Positions 24,877 to 35,017 of a DNA stretch of 40,258 nt are shown here, piece after piece. The DNA lies in IMG/VR virus record IMGVR_UViG_3300008255_000227, positions 1 through 40,258 of that record; one strand, written 5' to 3'. This DNA comes from a virus. Lineage: Duplodnaviria; Caudoviricetes. The notes beneath the pieces are model-generated. The model saw only the letters and a list, made by a program, of their open reading frames with translations. It did no database searches and was not told the DNA's origin. The first letter of the stretch is position 1. Every line of letters starts with the position of its first letter. Made by a program: the position numbers and the translations under genes.

Positions 24877-25430
24877 ATCCCCTGATTGGGCGAGTCTGTC
24901 GGGCCGCCCGGATTGTTGTTTTCATTATGGGTATGGCTATTATAGATTGTTCGCATCCCCGCCATATTATTGGGGTTGGTGTCGCAAGTGTCTATAATAT
25001 CGCCGGTGACTTCCAAAACGGGGGTTTCCATCCGCACCTTTTCGCTGGCTTTCACCGTCAAAGTGGCGGTGTTAATTTCGATATTATTCCCACGCTTCAG
25101 AATGATGGAATCGCCTTCATCGGTATAAATAGCCACCTCGCCTTCGGCCAGCCCCTTCAGGCGAAACCGGCGATCATCGATTGCCACGATGATTCCGTGG
25201 TCACGGCAACCGCCCACGAATACCACCGCGGCTTCTGCGCCGGCTTTCGGAACGCTGGTGAAACCGTATTCCTGAAATCGTTCCAGTTTGTCGCGGGTTT
25301 CATTGCCCATAAGGGAAACCTGCGCGGTTTGGATTCCGCTGGCATCATTGACAAGGCGCAGCACCGCGCGGCCGATCGTCAACCGGACGCGGCGAACAAG
25401 GGCATGAAGTTTGCGGTCACTGGTATTCAA
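24873..25430 (-). CDS. Baseplate spike, Mu gp45/gpV-like
   Basis: ERFQEYGFTSVP; DDRRFR...GEVAIY; C-terminal HTH iron-binding motif (YNSHTH). Confidence 0.93.
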   Translation of the reverse strand: MNTSDRKLHALVRRVRLTIGRAVLRLVNDASGIQTAQVSLMGNETRDKLERFQEYGFTSVPKAGAEAAVVFVGGCRDHGIIVAIDDRRFRLKGLAEGEVAIYTDEGDSIILKRGNNIEINTATLTVKASEKVRMETPVLEVTGDIIDTCDTNPNNMAGMRTIYNSHTHNENNNPGGPTDSPNQGM

Positions 25431-26473
25431 AATTCATCCTCATCATCATCTTGGCCCTTGGCCAGTTCCTCGGCTTCCAGATCGGGCTGCATTTTGAAGG
25501 CATCCGGGCGAACAAGTTCAAGGGTGGTGGTGGTGCCATCATCGTTAGAAAGCCCATAGGAAACTTCCTTGATCAGCATATCACCATCCACGCCCAGCTG
25601 CGGCAGATATGCCCGCACAAGTTGGTTTTCGCGCCACGGCGCGCCATCCACATCCCAATCGGCAACCGTGCAGGAAAACGTGGTGGCCTTGGCGGCGCGC
25701 ACCGCCGCTTCCCACTCTGCCCGCGCCTGCGCCAGCCCTGCATCCACCGCCACTTCGGCCAAGATGATCTTGGGGCGGTATCGGGTCACGCCTGCATCAC
25801 GCGCGGAACCCTGCGGCCCTACGGCTGCTTCTTCATCCACTTCATCGGTGCCCGGCTGCTGGCCATAAACATAATAGGTGCTGAATCGGTCGGAATCGTC
25901 ATAGTTCGCTGATGCCTGAATGACGTTTTCGCCCATGAACAAGCCCGCCGGCGCGCGGTCGGTGCCATAGTTCCTGATCACCAGATTTCCTTCGGAATCT
26001 GATGATGGAAGAAGCCCCCGCATCCGGCACGCGCGTTCAATGGCTTCAAAAGCACTTTCCTGCTGGAAGCTGAACTTTTTGAACGGTCGGCCGGTTTCCA
26101 CCTCAAAGGAAACGGGGATGCCGAAGGGCGCAGCCACCCGTTCGATGATTTCGCGCAGGGTCAGGCCATAGACTTCCTGCGCTTCAATAAGGGTGTCAGC
26201 GTCCACCATGTCAGCTGTGCGATCGCGGCCTGTCACCATCAGGGTGTGGGCGCCGCCTGAAATATCGATTGCCACGTTAAAGACATAGCCGGAAATAACC
26301 TTGTTCCCGTTCAGAAGAAGATCACATTTTGCGCCGCGCGGAACGGGGTGTGGATCCATCTTTGTAAGGCGCAGGCGAAAACGGCCAGCCATCGAATCAA
26401 TCGACCGCACCACCTCGATTTCGTGCCATCCGGTGTATGCCGTGCCGTTGATCTGCAATTCCACATCAGCCAT
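25427..26473 (-). CDS. Baseplate hub, Mu gp44/gpP-like
   Basis: L.ING..YTGW; GRDRTADMVD; DRFSTYYV.GQ; RYRP.II. Confidence 0.92.
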   Translation of the reverse strand: MADVELQINGTAYTGWHEIEVVRSIDSMAGRFRLRLTKMDPHPVPRGAKCDLLLNGNKVISGYVFNVAIDISGGAHTLMVTGRDRTADMVDADTLIEAQEVYGLTLREIIERVAAPFGIPVSFEVETGRPFKKFSFQQESAFEAIERACRMRGLLPSSDSEGNLVIRNYGTDRAPAGLFMGENVIQASANYDDSDRFSTYYVYGQQPGTDEVDEEAAVGPQGSARDAGVTRYRPKIILAEVAVDAGLAQARAEWEAAVRAAKATTFSCTVADWDVDGAPWRENQLVRAYLPQLGVDGDMLIKEVSYGLSNDDGTTTTLELVRPDAFKMQPDLEAEELAKGQDDDEDEF

Positions 26474-27680
26474 CAGATAGCACCTGAATTGGCACGCCGC
26501 CAGGCACGAAGCCCGGATGCCGCAGTTGGTTCCGGTTCACAATATCATCGGCGCGCGTGGTGCTGCCGTATTGCTCATAGGCCACCACCAGCGCGGGTTC
26601 AGATTGACGGATAACGATATTGCGAAGGCGCGGGATAGTTTCGCTGTTTTCCGGCACTGCGGCCGCAATCTCGCGGCGCATGGCCTGCATGGCGGTATAT
26701 TCATCATCGTTCTGGCTGGATTCCAGAAGGGCATCGACCTTTTGCAGCACCGCGGTGCGCGCTTCAATGGCTTCTTCATAATAGGAAAAATCACGGCCCA
26801 CCAGCGCTTTGGTTTCGTTCGCCACCGCTGCGGTGCGAACAAATCGTTCCACGGTTTCAGCGTTCTGATTGATGGCGCTGGCCACCACCGATGTTCCGGT
26901 GGTTTTCTCTGTTGTGAAGTCAGAAAAGCGTGCGAAATTCGCACCGCTTTCCTTGTCACCCACGCCAAGATCAAGAACCCCGCCGAACAGGGAAATCAGC
27001 TTTCCCGCCACCCCGGCAATATCGCTGATCAGGGTCTGGCTGGGAAATGCGATTTCGGCAAGGTTGGCCACCCAATCGGCGGCCTGATTGATCTTGCTAA
27101 TGCTGGTCTGGCCATTGATGCCACCGGCCAACTGGATGGCAGAAAACACCCCTGAAATATCGGAAAGGCTGCCGCCGTAGGCTTCGCGCACATATTCAGA
27201 AATGCCATCCACGTTGATGCCGCCGGTGAACAGCGTGCGGGCCACAGATAGCAGATCATCCGCGCGCATGACCGCCAACTGGTTTGGCAGGGGGGCGGCG
27301 GTTGGGAAAGACTTTGCGCCAGCTTCCACAAAGGAAAAGGTGACTTCACAAAAGCCGCCATCGCGCTGGCTTTCGCGCACGCGCAGTTCTTCTACCTTGA
27401 CAGTTTTCCGGCCCAGATACGGGTGGACAAGCTGGCCCACCTCGCCACTTTCTGCGGCGTCCAGAAGGGCATCCCGCGTGGTGGTATAGTTCGCCCCCAC
27501 CAGATAGCCATTGACCGACCAGCGGCGGGCCTTGCGCCCCATGTCCTCGGTATAGGGTTCATCCCGCAGCGGGTATTCATTGACCACCAGGCGCCGGCCC
27601 ACAGCGGCTTCATGGTCTTGAACCTTGAACTGGATGCCGTTGAAACTCGCGGGAAGAAGGGTGTCACGCCAAGCCATCAA
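26466..27680 (-). CDS. DNA circularisation protein, Mu gpN-like
   Basis: WRDTLLPASFNG..F...GRR...EYP.RD...EDMGR; LVHPYLG; RN...HPGFVP. Confidence 0.93.
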   Translation of the reverse strand: MMAWRDTLLPASFNGIQFKVQDHEAAVGRRLVVNEYPLRDEPYTEDMGRKARRWSVNGYLVGANYTTTRDALLDAAESGEVGQLVHPYLGRKTVKVEELRVRESQRDGGFCEVTFSFVEAGAKSFPTAAPLPNQLAVMRADDLLSVARTLFTGGINVDGISEYVREAYGGSLSDISGVFSAIQLAGGINGQTSISKINQAADWVANLAEIAFPSQTLISDIAGVAGKLISLFGGVLDLGVGDKESGANFARFSDFTTEKTTGTSVVASAINQNAETVERFVRTAAVANETKALVGRDFSYYEEAIEARTAVLQKVDALLESSQNDDEYTAMQAMRREIAAAVPENSETIPRLRNIVIRQSEPALVVAYEQYGSTTRADDIVNRNQLRHPGFVPGGVPIQVLSDG

Positions 27681-29089
27681 TAACCCCCTGCCATCGCAAT
27701 GCCCTGATCGACGGTGACATTGCTGTTCTGGTTTTCCACAACGCTGGCGCGGGTGCCGGCCGGCGCGTTCTTAAACGAAACTTCAACCTTCGCCTGCCCG
27801 GGCGGCGCGGCGGCGGCGCGCTGGGCCGCCGTGAAGCGCTGGCCGGCGCCCTGTTCGCTGGCGGGCACACCTTCATTGATGTTTGCGGCAGCCTGCCCAA
27901 AGCTGAAGTTTGCGGCCTTGGTAAGCCATTCCGGGGCCGTGCCCAGCTTGTTCCACAGGGCTTCAACCACCTTCAAAACGCCTTGGAAGGGGGTCAGCAA
28001 GGCATCGATGATCACCCCGCCCAGCACGAAAAGCGCGTTTCCAAGGCCGCCGGCCATCTTGACCAGAGTCATAAATTGCCAGATCAGATAAGCGAAAAGC
28101 CCGGTTAGCAGGGTGATCTGCGCGAAAAGGGCGGCGCCCGCCAGCGTGATGCCGCCAATCGCGCCGATGATGAAGGACATTGCCATTGCCAACTGGCCAA
28201 AGATCACCAGAAGCGGCCCCAGCACGGTGATGAAAAGGGCAAAATAAACGATGATCTTTTGCTGAAGCGGGGAAAGCTGGGTGAACCAGGCGGTCAATTC
28301 CTTAACCTTCTGGCCCATAAATTCTAGCTTTCCGGTCAGGTCAACTGCCTTGGCAGCTGCCTGCCCGAACTCGGCGCCAGCGAACATGACAGTATCTTGG
28401 AACGCCGCCCAGATGCCAGCAAGGGAACGGCTTTGGCGTTCCATCTGGTTTGCGAACAGGCCGCCTTCTTCCCGCATCGATTGCAGCGCGCGTTCGATCA
28501 TCGGGAATTTCAGCCTGCCCTGTTCTGCCATCTTGAATATTTTCTGTTCAGAAACCCCCAGCTGCTTCGCCAGCACGCTGATGATCGGGATGCCGCGGGT
28601 TGCGAACTGCCGCAAGTCTTGCGTGAAGGCTTTGCCCTTGATCTGTAATTCCGTGTAAAGCGGAATCATTTCATCCAGCCTGCGGCCGGAACCGGCGGCA
28701 ATGTCACCCAGCATCCGAAGGGTAGGAATCAGCTTTTCGGCAGATGTGCCGGCGGCCAGAAGCCCGGCGGCGGCGTTGCCAGTGTCGCCAATATCAAAAG
28801 GCGTGCTGGCGGCAAAGGTTTTAAGTTCTTCCATCAGGTCAGCGGCCCTTTCGGCAGAACCGACCAGAGAAGAAAACCTGATTTCAAGCTGTTCAAGGTT
28901 TGCCGCTGATTTCAAGGCATAGCGGCCCATCAGCGTCATTGGCAGAGTGACTTTCAGGGAAAGGTTCTTGCCAAGCTGATCAGCCTTGCGCCCTATCCTG
29001 TCCAGTTTGCTGCCAAAGGAAGCAAAGCCGCTGGTGAACTTGTCAATCGCGGAAATGATGATTTCAAGCGGGAACCGTTTTGTCGCCAT
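27677..29089 (-). CDS. Tape measure protein
   Basis: FAASTPF tape-measure motif, Ala/Gly-rich, hydrophobic segments; follows the chaperone. Confidence 0.9.
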   Translation of the reverse strand: MATKRFPLEIIISAIDKFTSGFASFGSKLDRIGRKADQLGKNLSLKVTLPMTLMGRYALKSAANLEQLEIRFSSLVGSAERAADLMEELKTFAASTPFDIGDTGNAAAGLLAAGTSAEKLIPTLRMLGDIAAGSGRRLDEMIPLYTELQIKGKAFTQDLRQFATRGIPIISVLAKQLGVSEQKIFKMAEQGRLKFPMIERALQSMREEGGLFANQMERQSRSLAGIWAAFQDTVMFAGAEFGQAAAKAVDLTGKLEFMGQKVKELTAWFTQLSPLQQKIIVYFALFITVLGPLLVIFGQLAMAMSFIIGAIGGITLAGAALFAQITLLTGLFAYLIWQFMTLVKMAGGLGNALFVLGGVIIDALLTPFQGVLKVVEALWNKLGTAPEWLTKAANFSFGQAAANINEGVPASEQGAGQRFTAAQRAAAAPPGQAKVEVSFKNAPAGTRASVVENQNSNVTVDQGIAMAGGY

Positions 29090-29265
29090 CAGCTGCCCCC
29101 CTGTGCATCTGCTTCCATTCTCATGCGCTGAATCGCTAGATCATACCAAAATAGCAGATCATCCGCATCCATATCATAGAGCGTTTCAGGTGAAATGTAA
29201 AACGGTGCGCCAGCTAGGCAGGCCCAATAAGAAGAAAGTTCTTCTAGGGGCCATCCGGCAAAAAA
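29089..29265 (-). CDS. -1 frameshift extension of the tail chaperone (P2 E'-like)
   Basis: T-TTT-TTG at 29265-29259; the -1 frame reads FAGWPLEE...ISPETLYDMDADDLLFWYDLA...GGS and stops in a TGATG overlap with the tape measure start. Confidence 0.85.
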   Translation of the reverse strand, partial: FFAGWPLEELSSYWACLAGAPFYISPETLYDMDADDLLFWYDLAIQRMRMEADAQGGS

Positions 29266-29507
29266 TCAGCCACCTTTTGCATGATAGCGGTCAGGTCAGT
29301 GGCAAGATCAAGTTCACCCACGAATCCTTCAGGCTGTCCGATCAGGCGGGCAATCAGCTTCAGCTGATCATCCATGTTCTGGGCCACGTTCTTCAGGCCC
29401 TTCAGGTCTTTGCCCTTGGGCCGGCGAACCGTCACTTCCGTGATACTATCATCACCCCATTGGACAGGGTGCGCCAGTTTGATAACTGTGTTTTCTTCTT
29501 TTCCCAT
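29244..29507 (-). CDS. Tail assembly chaperone (P2 E / Mu gp41-like)
   Basis: IKLAHPV...TEVTVRRPKGKDL; between tube and tape measure. Confidence 0.88.
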   Translation of the reverse strand: MGKEENTVIKLAHPVQWGDDSITEVTVRRPKGKDLKGLKNVAQNMDDQLKLIARLIGQPEGFVGELDLATDLTAIMQKVADFLPDGP

Positions 29508-29521
29508 CTTTTAGCCCTTTT

Positions 29522-29884
29522 TTATGTGATTTCGCGCGCCGATTCGCCGGTGAAGCGAACAGCAATATTGCCTTCCTCGGTCTGCACGTTTCCTTCGCCG
29601 CTGAAGAAGGCGTTTTTGAAAACAACCGTTTTCCCGTTCGCCAGTTCCAGCGTCACCGTGGCTTCCGTGATGTTCAGAAGCGCTTTCACATCAAGTTCGA
29701 TGCGGTCGGTAATCTCGCCCTCGCAATATGCTTCCTGCGGAATCTCTTTGAAACCGTGAAGCGCATCGTGGCCAATAACGGCATCACGCTTGGGCGCGCC
29801 AAGGTTATAGGTGAACTGACCCTTCGCATCATACTGCTGGCCATCAACCTTGATGAAAATTGTACCGCCTACGCGCCTAGCCAT
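29522..29884 (-). CDS. Tail tube protein (Mu gpM-like)
   Basis: RVGGT.FIKVDGQQ...HGFKE.P...ELANGK. Confidence 0.9.
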   Translation of the reverse strand: MARRVGGTIFIKVDGQQYDAKGQFTYNLGAPKRDAVIGHDALHGFKEIPQEAYCEGEITDRIELDVKALLNITEATVTLELANGKTVVFKNAFFSGEGNVQTEEGNIAVRFTGESAREIT

Positions 29885-29896
29885 GTGTGTTCCTCC

Positions 29897-31378
29897 TTAA
29901 ACCAAGAACTGAATCTGAATTGCAGTGACGCGCAGCTGGTTCACCAGGTCAGGCGGCAGGCGCACATCGATGCGGTTGGGGTCGCTGATGTTGCGGGAAA
30001 CAATCAGATCCTTTGCGAACTGATCGGCACCTTCCACCAAGGCGATGAACTCCCATTCCTCGAAAAGGGAAACCAGTTCTGCCTTGATAACCTTGGGCGT
30101 GACAACCGCTTGGCCGGCGCCAAAGCGCGTGCCATCGTTTGCCAGCTTGTGGCGTGGGTACTTCAGAAGCAGGCGGTTGCGAACCGACCAGCGGATATAG
30201 GAAAGCGTGAAAAGCGTTTCCACATCCAGATAAGCAGGATCATCCGCGCCAAAGGCGTTTTCCTTGTACGTGGTGACAGAACGCTGAAGGCGAACCACGC
30301 CGCTGGCGTCCGTGTAAGCCGTGGCAATTCCATCATAAAGCAGAATGTTGTTTTCCTGCATGGTGAATCGATCAGCGCGCGCCGGCGCCTTCACGTAGTT
30401 CATGGGCAGGGTTTGCGTGGGCCGCGCAGGGTCGATGGAACGCTGATATGCTTCCACCGCGGCATATGCCGCCGCGTTGGCAAAGGCTGGCGTTGGAACG
30501 CCTTTCATGCCCATGACGGTCAGGAATTTTTCGTTGTGGCTGTCGCCAAAGGTGCCAAGGTTGGCGTGCGTATCGTCTTTGAACGAATATGCCACCGCTT
30601 CGATCTGACGCAGCGGGCCAGCACGGCTTGCCAATTCCACCTTCAGGTCGGAAAGGGTTGCGCTGTCCGTCCACGGGCACACAATCACGTTATAGTGTTC
30701 ATCGCCCAGAAGCGGCCACAGGGTATCAAGATCAACCGCGCCGGTGCCGCCGGTCAGTTGGGTGATGGTCACGCCAGTGCCAGCCGGCAGAACCTCGCCA
30801 TCGAAATAGTTCACGCGCATATTGATGGTGTTGCCCAGAAGGCCGATTTCCAGCGCGGTGACGTTCACTTGCGTGGTGTCGCTGCCATCAACCGCAGCCG
30901 AAACTGGAAGGCCCGTGGCGGCGTTAATAGCCGCCGCAACCGCCGTTGCAATCTGCGCTGCTGTCTGGCCGGAAGCCACTGCGATCTGCAAGCGTTCGCC
31001 TGCGATATAAAGGCTGATTGTGCCCGCGGCAGTGGAAGGGCCTGTGAAAACAAGCGTGCCTTCTGCTTCTGCGCCGGAAGGGTTGCCGAATCCAGCCGCC
31101 CACAATTCTGTGATGGTGTTTTCAGTGAACCAAGCGCGCGCCATCAGGTGAAGGCTGGAACCGGGGCCGAACAGTTCAGACGCCTGCGCGGCGCTCGTGA
31201 TGCGGCGGGGATTCAATGTAGTGACTGTACCGCTGGCAAGTCGCTGGCCGATCATCAAAGCCTTGAAAGGCTGAACACCTGGGCCTTGGTTCGCGCGCGT
31301 AGAGTCGTATTCCGTATAGACATACGGAACGCGAATCTGCAAAGGGATTTCATTGAAGGAAATTGCAGCATCAGCCAT
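29897..31378 (-). CDS. Contractile tail sheath (Mu gpL-like)
   Basis: ISFNEIP..IRVP..Y.E.D; DPARP.QTL; KYPRHKLANDG; P.DLVNQLRV. Confidence 0.96.
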   Translation of the reverse strand: MADAAISFNEIPLQIRVPYVYTEYDSTRANQGPGVQPFKALMIGQRLASGTVTTLNPRRITSAAQASELFGPGSSLHLMARAWFTENTITELWAAGFGNPSGAEAEGTLVFTGPSTAAGTISLYIAGERLQIAVASGQTAAQIATAVAAAINAATGLPVSAAVDGSDTTQVNVTALEIGLLGNTINMRVNYFDGEVLPAGTGVTITQLTGGTGAVDLDTLWPLLGDEHYNVIVCPWTDSATLSDLKVELASRAGPLRQIEAVAYSFKDDTHANLGTFGDSHNEKFLTVMGMKGVPTPAFANAAAYAAVEAYQRSIDPARPTQTLPMNYVKAPARADRFTMQENNILLYDGIATAYTDASGVVRLQRSVTTYKENAFGADDPAYLDVETLFTLSYIRWSVRNRLLLKYPRHKLANDGTRFGAGQAVVTPKVIKAELVSLFEEWEFIALVEGADQFAKDLIVSRNISDPNRIDVRLPPDLVNQLRVTAIQIQFLV

Positions 31379-31384
31379 GAAAAA

Positions 31385-31588
31385 TTATCCCTTCTTCTGG
31401 TTTTGCGGTTTGATGGTCGGCGCCGATGCCGGCGTTTTTTCCTCGCGCACCACCAGATCGCCATCGGAGATTCGGCGCTGGATGTAGCTGGTAAGCATCA
31501 TGTTAGAACCGCCCGCAGGAATATGGCTGTTGCCATGTTCTGCGCGCACTTTAACACCATCACGGGGAATGACGAAAACCTGTTTCAT
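31385..31588 (-). CDS. DUF2635-like small tail-region protein
   Basis: VIPRDGVKVR...Y.QRRISDGDLV; typical position before the sheath. Confidence 0.8.
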   Translation of the reverse strand: MKQVFVIPRDGVKVRAEHGNSHIPAGGSNMMLTSYIQRRISDGDLVVREEKTPASAPTIKPQNQKKG

Positions 31589-31609
31589 GGCTTTTACTTT
31601 CTCACATTT

Positions 31610-32158
31610 TTAAGGTTGGGGCAAGTCAATGGATTCTTCAAAGGTCGGCGGGTCGGCTGGCGGGGCATCTGCTGGCTTAATCTGCACTTCAAATCCTTCC
31701 AGCGGGGTGGTGGCTGGTTCGTGGCGGGTCATATAGCGCAGGGCAAAGCGCAGGATCAGCGCGCCGGTGGCTTTTTCGGCGTTCTGAAGGGCCATGTCAA
31801 AGCCCGTGCATTGCAGATCATCAAGAATTTCCTTCAGTTCCGCGCTTGCTTCGGCGCGAATAAGGAAATCTTCTATTTTCTCGCCATAGTGATATAGCAC
31901 TTCCTGAAGATCATCGCCGCCTTGCGCCACATAGGCAATCACCAGTTCATCGTTCCGGTCATAGTCGACTCCCGAACCAAAGCGGCTTGAAGCGCCGCGC
32001 AGGATGCCAACCTTGATGCCGGGCAATTCGGTGTCAGGATCAAGTTCGCGGAAAGGATTGCGGAAATAGTTTTCATCGGCCACATCGGTAACATTCGCAT
32101 CCTGAAGGGCCGTGATGATAGTTTCAATGATGGTTTTGCGGTTGCTTTCGTTCGCCAT
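31610..32158 (-). CDS. Tail terminator/completion protein
   Basis: Position between head-tail joining gene and sheath; start MANESN. Confidence 0.65.
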   Translation of the reverse strand: MANESNRKTIIETIITALQDANVTDVADENYFRNPFRELDPDTELPGIKVGILRGASSRFGSGVDYDRNDELVIAYVAQGGDDLQEVLYHYGEKIEDFLIRAEASAELKEILDDLQCTGFDMALQNAEKATGALILRFALRYMTRHEPATTPLEGFEVQIKPADAPPADPPTFEESIDLPQP

Positions 32159-32159
32159 T

Positions 32160-32486
32160 TCACACCTTTTCCAGCACCAAGGTGGCGCCGCCTTCGCCAT
32201 CTGGTTCCACAGCGCGGATGCGGTATTCAATGCTTGTGGCGTTTTTGATGATGATATTATTCTTCACAGGGGCCACCGCAAAATCTGCCAGGCGAACACC
32301 CACATTTGGTTCAGAACTCATAACCTGAACGCCAGTGTCAGGGTCGGCTGTCATATAGGCATCCGACCAAACCCCGGCAAAATCCTGATCTGGGCCTGAA
32401 GCGGGCCGATGCGTGAAAGGCTGCCCAAAGAAGGGGCCGGATGTGGCATGGCCCAGAAGGCGATTCACTTTGCTTTCCCATCCCAT
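32160..32486 (-). CDS. Head-tail joining protein
   Basis: P.VGVRLADF...Y.I..VEPDGEGG..L.L motif; position. Confidence 0.8.
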   Translation of the reverse strand: MGWESKVNRLLGHATSGPFFGQPFTHRPASGPDQDFAGVWSDAYMTADPDTGVQVMSSEPNVGVRLADFAVAPVKNNIIIKNATSIEYRIRAVEPDGEGGATLVLEKV

Positions 32487-32501
32487 CTTTCATTTCCTCT
32501 T

Positions 32502-32542
32502 AAAAAAAGGGGCCGGCCGGTTTAAACGGCCAGCCCCTTTTT
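32502..32542 (-). terminator. Terminator after capsid/DUF2190 genes
   Basis: AAAAAAAGGGGC...GCCCCTTTTT hairpin. Confidence 0.75.
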
Positions 32543-32561
32543 CTGATCATCAGAATAAGGC

Positions 32562-32912
32562 TTAGGCAACCGCCGTAAGGGCGATGCCATCCAAGCGCAC
32601 CGTGCCGGTGGCGCTGGGGTTGGCTGCGGCCGCACCAGCAACGCCGCAGGCATAAAGGCCCGTTGCGCTGGCAGTGGTGAATCGCTTGTTCGTGTTATCC
32701 CAGAAGATCAGCTGGCCTTCTGTCCACGCTTGCGCCGAAACCTTGGTGCCTTGAATAACACCGTTCACTTCGCCAGCGAACTGTTCGCCTTCCAGTGCCG
32801 TGGTCAAAGGAACCACCAGAAGCACGCCGATCAGAACCGGGGCGCCAGAAACCACACCACCCGAAGGGGCGGTGAAGGTCATGTTTTTGCCATCTTTTAC
32901 GTAGTTTTTCAC
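32562..32912 (-). CDS. DUF2190 family capsid-associated protein
   Basis: KNYVKDG...APSGGVVSG...AWTEG..IFWDN. Confidence 0.9.
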   Translation of the reverse strand: MKNYVKDGKNMTFTAPSGGVVSGAPVLIGVLLVVPLTTALEGEQFAGEVNGVIQGTKVSAQAWTEGQLIFWDNTNKRFTTASATGLYACGVAGAAAANPSATGTVRLDGIALTAVA

Positions 32913-32992
32913 GGCTTTTGCCTTTCTCTTTGTGTTTAACCAGCCCCTTCAGTATGCCGGGCGACTTGCGCCGCCCGGCTACTTCATAGGGA

Positions 32993-34954
32993 TTATGCGT
33001 TGTTCGTGGACTTGGCAAGGCCGCGGAAGTCGATGGCCTTGGCCACGAAGTCATGGCGAACCTTGAATTCCACGCCATCGCGGGTGAAGCCTTCGCGGCT
33101 TTCCAGATAGGGCATGGTTTCACCTTCCAGATAGGCATATTCGATGGTGTCGATCTGGCTGGGGTCGGCAGCCATGAAGAAGTTCGTGGTGCTGGCCGCA
33201 TCCAGAAGCGGTTCCACGATCACATCAAAGCTGCTGGCGTAGGGGTTCACCGCGGTGGTGGTGTTTGCGATGATCTGCGCCTTCAGCTGAAGTGCCACGG
33301 TTTCCAGCGCTGCCGGAACCATCAGATACTTCGGCATGACGTTCAGAACATCTTCGCCGCTGGGGTCTTTCTGGGTACGCATCAGGCTGCGGATGGTGCC
33401 AAGGCCGGCCACGTTCAGAAGGGCATTTGTCAGGTTGCCGTGCGCGGCGTTGAAAAGCGCCACACTGTCCGACATATTCGGGTTTGAAGTGATGATTTCC
33501 CAAACAAGGCGGTTTTCAAGGCGTGCAGCTGCCGCTGCCATCTTTGCCGGAACGCGGGTGAAAGCGTCCAGATCATCGTTGACGATCGCTTGGCGGGTGA
33601 TGGCAAACAGGCGGCCATAGGTCGCCAGGCGGTAGGTTTCGCCGTTCTCCACCATCGTGCCATATTCGTATTCAGCGCCTTCTTCAACCTTCTTCAGGCT
33701 GGTGAAGTTGCCCAGATTGCCGCGCGTCACGGGTTTGAAGTCAGGAAGCGTGGTTTGGCGGGCAAAGGGCATGAACGTGCGCGGCGTATCAGCATACGCT
33801 TGGCGCAGGCTCTTGTTCGCCACGTTGGCCAGAATAATCGGGAAGTCGCTGGTGCTGTGCATTGCACGGCCAGCGATTTCCATCTTGTTCATGCCGCGGG
33901 CATCTTTGCCGACAAATTCGCGGGCAATGTCCATCAAGGACATACCGCGATATTGGCGGCCGGCATCGGTAATCTGAACCTTGCCGGGTTCTTGGCGATG
34001 AAGAAGGGCGTTTTCAACAGCCGCCATGCGGGTGTCTTTTTCGTCCTTGGTGATTCGCACATCGCCGCGGATGGTGATTTCATCATCCTTTTTGGCAAGG
34101 TGTTCAATCACGGCGGCGCGCACGGCATCAACCGTTGCACCATCTTTGATGTGCTTTTCAGCAACATCATCGGTCAGGCCGACCGATCGCACGATGGTGC
34201 GGATTTCTTCGCTTCGCTGGCGCTCGGCTTTGACCGCTTCCGCGCGCGCATCATCCAGCGCCCGCTGGTCAAGCGCGGGGGCTTGCGCCGCAGGCTGAAC
34301 CGCAGGGGTGGGTTGTGCGCCGGGGTCGTTACGGGTGGCGCCGTTTTCTTTGTCTTTCGGATCCATGTTTTCACCTTTCAAGGTTGTTTCGGCTTGGCCG
34401 CCTATAACGATGCAGGGGTGGTTTTCTTCCTTGTGGCGAACGCCTGCACCCGCGTCTGCCGGAACGGCAACCATACTGATTTCATATGGTTCCCAATCGA
34501 TTGCCCGCATACGTTTCACTTTGTCACCATCGGGGGTAACATCCTGAAACCTGTGGACTACATATCCAACCGAAACATTGCGGATGATACCAGCCACAAT
34601 GTCCTTCCAATAACCTTCCACATCCGCGCGTTCGCTGAATTTCAGCGTGGCGTGCGTTTCATCTGCTTCCAGCACCGTGCCCATCACATTGGACAGATCA
34701 TAGTTGCGGTGTGAATTCAGAACAGGAACCGCACCTTGCTGGAAACGGTCAAGGCGCACATGGCCCTTTTGCGTGGAAAGTTCTTCATAGAAATCTTCAT
34801 CCCAGAAGCGCTGGCGAAACACTGCCGCGCCGCTGGTGTATTGAACCCGAACAGTGCGTTCTTCCATATTGATGGAAGAAGGCTGAACAGTGGCAGCACG
34901 CTGCATCATCGGCATCGCGCGATTTTGTTCCTGCTCTTTGTTCTTTTTGTCCAT
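32993..34954 (-). CDS. Prohead protease-major capsid protein fusion
   Basis: Protease motifs PVLNSH, IIRNVSVGY, WEPYEISMVAVPAD; capsid motifs HSTSDFP, AIVNDDL, IEYAYLEG, IDFRGL. Confidence 0.95.
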   Translation of the reverse strand: MDKKNKEQEQNRAMPMMQRAATVQPSSINMEERTVRVQYTSGAAVFRQRFWDEDFYEELSTQKGHVRLDRFQQGAVPVLNSHRNYDLSNVMGTVLEADETHATLKFSERADVEGYWKDIVAGIIRNVSVGYVVHRFQDVTPDGDKVKRMRAIDWEPYEISMVAVPADAGAGVRHKEENHPCIVIGGQAETTLKGENMDPKDKENGATRNDPGAQPTPAVQPAAQAPALDQRALDDARAEAVKAERQRSEEIRTIVRSVGLTDDVAEKHIKDGATVDAVRAAVIEHLAKKDDEITIRGDVRITKDEKDTRMAAVENALLHRQEPGKVQITDAGRQYRGMSLMDIAREFVGKDARGMNKMEIAGRAMHSTSDFPIILANVANKSLRQAYADTPRTFMPFARQTTLPDFKPVTRGNLGNFTSLKKVEEGAEYEYGTMVENGETYRLATYGRLFAITRQAIVNDDLDAFTRVPAKMAAAAARLENRLVWEIITSNPNMSDSVALFNAAHGNLTNALLNVAGLGTIRSLMRTQKDPSGEDVLNVMPKYLMVPAALETVALQLKAQIIANTTTAVNPYASSFDVIVEPLLDAASTTNFFMAADPSQIDTIEYAYLEGETMPYLESREGFTRDGVEFKVRHDFVAKAIDFRGLAKSTNNA

Positions 34955-35017
34955 ACTGGTGCCCCCAGAAAACCTATTCGTTAAATCCTACATGAAACCC
35001 GCGCGGAATCAAGTCTG

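Noticed and set aside
29756-31897. 713-aa plus-strand ORF (and similar long antisense ORFs such as 6659-7861, 33590-34714, 17531-18373)
   Set aside because: Shadow frames opposite well-supported genes in a GC-rich genome; no motifs or RBS.
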